Virus record (IMG/VR): IMGVR_UViG_3300045988_110003
Location: 1-15,280 of that record
From: a virus
Length of the DNA stretch: 15,280 nt
Strand: one strand, 5' to 3'
Below the pieces are notes generated by a model. That model searched no databases, had not been told where the DNA came from, and was given only the letters and a program-made list of their open reading frames with translations. Position 1 is the first letter of the stretch; every line of letters begins with the position of its first letter. This document shows, one piece after another, positions 14,242 through 15,280 of the stretch. The translations under genes were made by a program, and so were the position numbers.

Positions 14242-14583
14242 TTATTTCACCTCATACCGGGTTTTGAAGTCGATTTTAGCGCCCTTGTCCATGCAATGAG
14301 CGCCCACCGTGTCAATAACACGCTGCTGGTCTTCGTCGCTGAGATAAATCCGATACTGGTCATACCACTGGTCATTTTTGCCCTTGGTCTGGGGCATTGC
14401 AATGAACATGCCGTTTTTCCCCTGCACAACTTTCAGGTTCATAAACGTTGCGCCGGAAATGTTCAGGGTGAACACGGCGATATTGTCAGCGATGAGGTGA
14501 GCGGCCTGAATGGTTGCGCCTTTGATGCTGAGATACTGCTTGACGACTTCGGGGGCGGCGTTCTGGTTGTTCTTGTTAAACAT
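14242..14583 (-). CDS. SpoVG-fold nucleic-acid-binding protein, 113 aa
   Basis: FTLNISGATFMNLKVVQGKNGMFIAMPQTKGKNDQWYDQYRIYLSDEDQQRVIDTV parallels B. subtilis SpoVG [55 protein letters not shown]. I prefer the start at ATG 14583, which is preceded by AAAGGTAGGAAG. The tracked ATG at 14601 has no RBS. Confidence 0.7.
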   Translation of the reverse strand: MFNKNNQNAAPEVVKQYLSIKGATIQAAHLIADNIAVFTLNISGATFMNLKVVQGKNGMFIAMPQTKGKNDQWYDQYRIYLSDEDQQRVIDTVGAHCMDKGAKIDFKTRYEVK

Positions 14584-14623
14584 ATTCTTCCTACCTTTCA
14601 TTATTTACGGGTGCTTGTATCGG

Positions 14624-14995
14624 TCAGAAAATCCAACGCATGAGAAACTGCTTTGCGGTGCTATCGCCGTTCGTCGGGTAAAGCGCCGTGGGGCTCTGGT
14701 TCGTGAAGATGGTACCGATGTGGTGCCGCTGGGCTTCCAGCTCTGCTGCCTGCTGCTCCATGGTCTTGCCATCGTGGCAACAGGGGTTCCACTGGGGTGC
14801 ATACGGGAAACCACGCCTTGCGGCCTCTTCAAAGGCGCTGATGGGCAGCGGGTCAAGCTTGCCAACACCGCAAACGATGTTCAGCAGATTGCCGTCTTTG
14901 TCATAGACAAGCCCATAAATGTTCTGTGCTGCATCTTCATACAGCATAACGTGCGAAACGTTGGTGGGAGTGGTACAGGTACAAGTATCAGCCAT
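14624..14995 (-). CDS. Hypothetical right-end early protein, 123 aa
   Basis: ATG at 14995 is preceded by GAAAGGAAG. The tracked TTG start at 15049 lies at or upstream of the predicted transcription start. I recognised no family. Confidence 0.6.
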   Translation of the reverse strand: MADTCTCTTPTNVSHVMLYEDAAQNIYGLVYDKDGNLLNIVCGVGKLDPLPISAFEEAARRGFPYAPQWNPCCHDGKTMEQQAAELEAQRHHIGTIFTNQSPTALYPTNGDSTAKQFLMRWIF

Positions 14996-15053
14996 TGGTG
15001 TCTTCCTTTCGTCTTGTGATTGATGTTCGGTGCAAGTTTGTCCTTGCAACTAT

Positions 15054-15082
15054 ATGATAACACTTGCAAGCCCACCTGTCAA
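15054..15082 (-). promoter_or_regulatory. Right terminal promoter (sigma-A type)
   Basis: On the minus strand: TTGACA (15082-15077, inside the ITR), a 17-nt spacer, and TATCAT (15059-15054) preceded by TG. It mirrors the left promoter. Confidence 0.65.
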
Positions 15083-15280
15083 CACTTTCTTGCAGATTCA
15101 TCAATGAACTTTATCTTGTATACAACAAGCTATGTCGTCCTGGCTATCCCGTAAGGTGCTACTTCATTACAGTGAAGCGCTTTATTTCAGTGAAGCGGTT
15201 TGTTCGCGATAACTAACTGCCACTTCACTCTCATAAAGTAGTTGGGGAATTTGAGGTACTTCACTACAGTGATGTGTATA
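15070..15280 (-). repeat. Right inverted terminal repeat (211 bp)
   Basis: Exact reverse complement of 1-211. Confidence 0.97.

Larger units (their letters stand above)
1..15280. mobile_element. Complete linear genome of a small phi29-like (protein-primed) tailed phage
   Basis: A perfect 211-bp ITR reaches both window ends. The window encodes a protein-primed type family B DNA polymerase, a gp16-like ATPase, and gp8/gp9/gp10-like capsid, tail knob and portal proteins plus a holin. I recognised no integrase or host genes. Confidence 0.88.

Noticed and set aside
1-15280. Searched for tRNA genes, CRISPR arrays, integrase/recombinase, a repressor-Cro switch, DGR or toxin-antitoxin modules
   Set aside because: No cloverleaf-like segments, no spaced direct-repeat arrays, and no ORFs with recombinase, HTH-repressor or reverse-transcriptase motifs were recognisable by eye. 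Their absence fits a minimal virulent phage.

Overview
The window looks like a complete linear dsDNA genome (15,280 bp) of a very small phi29-like tailed phage that replicates by protein priming. Bases 1-211 are the exact reverse complement of 15070-15280, giving perfect 211-bp inverted terminal repeats (ITRs) that reach both ends. Two gene arms converge on a bidirectional terminator at 4345-4372.

The left arm (+ strand) is driven by a near-consensus sigma-A type promoter whose -35 box lies inside the ITR. It encodes five small orphan proteins, a very basic 255-aa terminal-protein candidate and a family B DNA polymerase with all the exonuclease and polymerase motifs of protein-primed enzymes.

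The right arm (- strand) starts from a mirror-image ITR promoter. In order it encodes:
- a 123-aa orphan
- a SpoVG-fold protein
- a phi29 gp16-like packaging ATPase
- a second strong internal promoter followed by a 71-nt highly structured RNA element
- a Peptidase_M15_3-type cell-wall hydrolase
- a scaffold candidate
- a gp8-like capsid protein
- a gp9-like tail knob
- a gp10-like portal
- a lower collar candidate with a long polar low-complexity insert
- a small TM/coiled-coil protein
- an XhlB/SPP1-type holin
- a 140-aa orphan
- a 635-aa coiled-coil tail fibre with a Cys/Pro-rich N-terminus

I recognised no integrase, repressor, tRNA, CRISPR array or host gene, so it is probably a virulent phage of a Gram-positive (Bacillota) host. 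All homology calls rest on motif recognition from memory, not on searches.

The points most worth following up are the promoter-proximal structured RNA next to the packaging ATPase (a possible pRNA analogue or attenuator), the heptamer/palindrome array in the ITRs, the terminal promoters that straddle the ITR boundary, and the SpoVG-like early protein.
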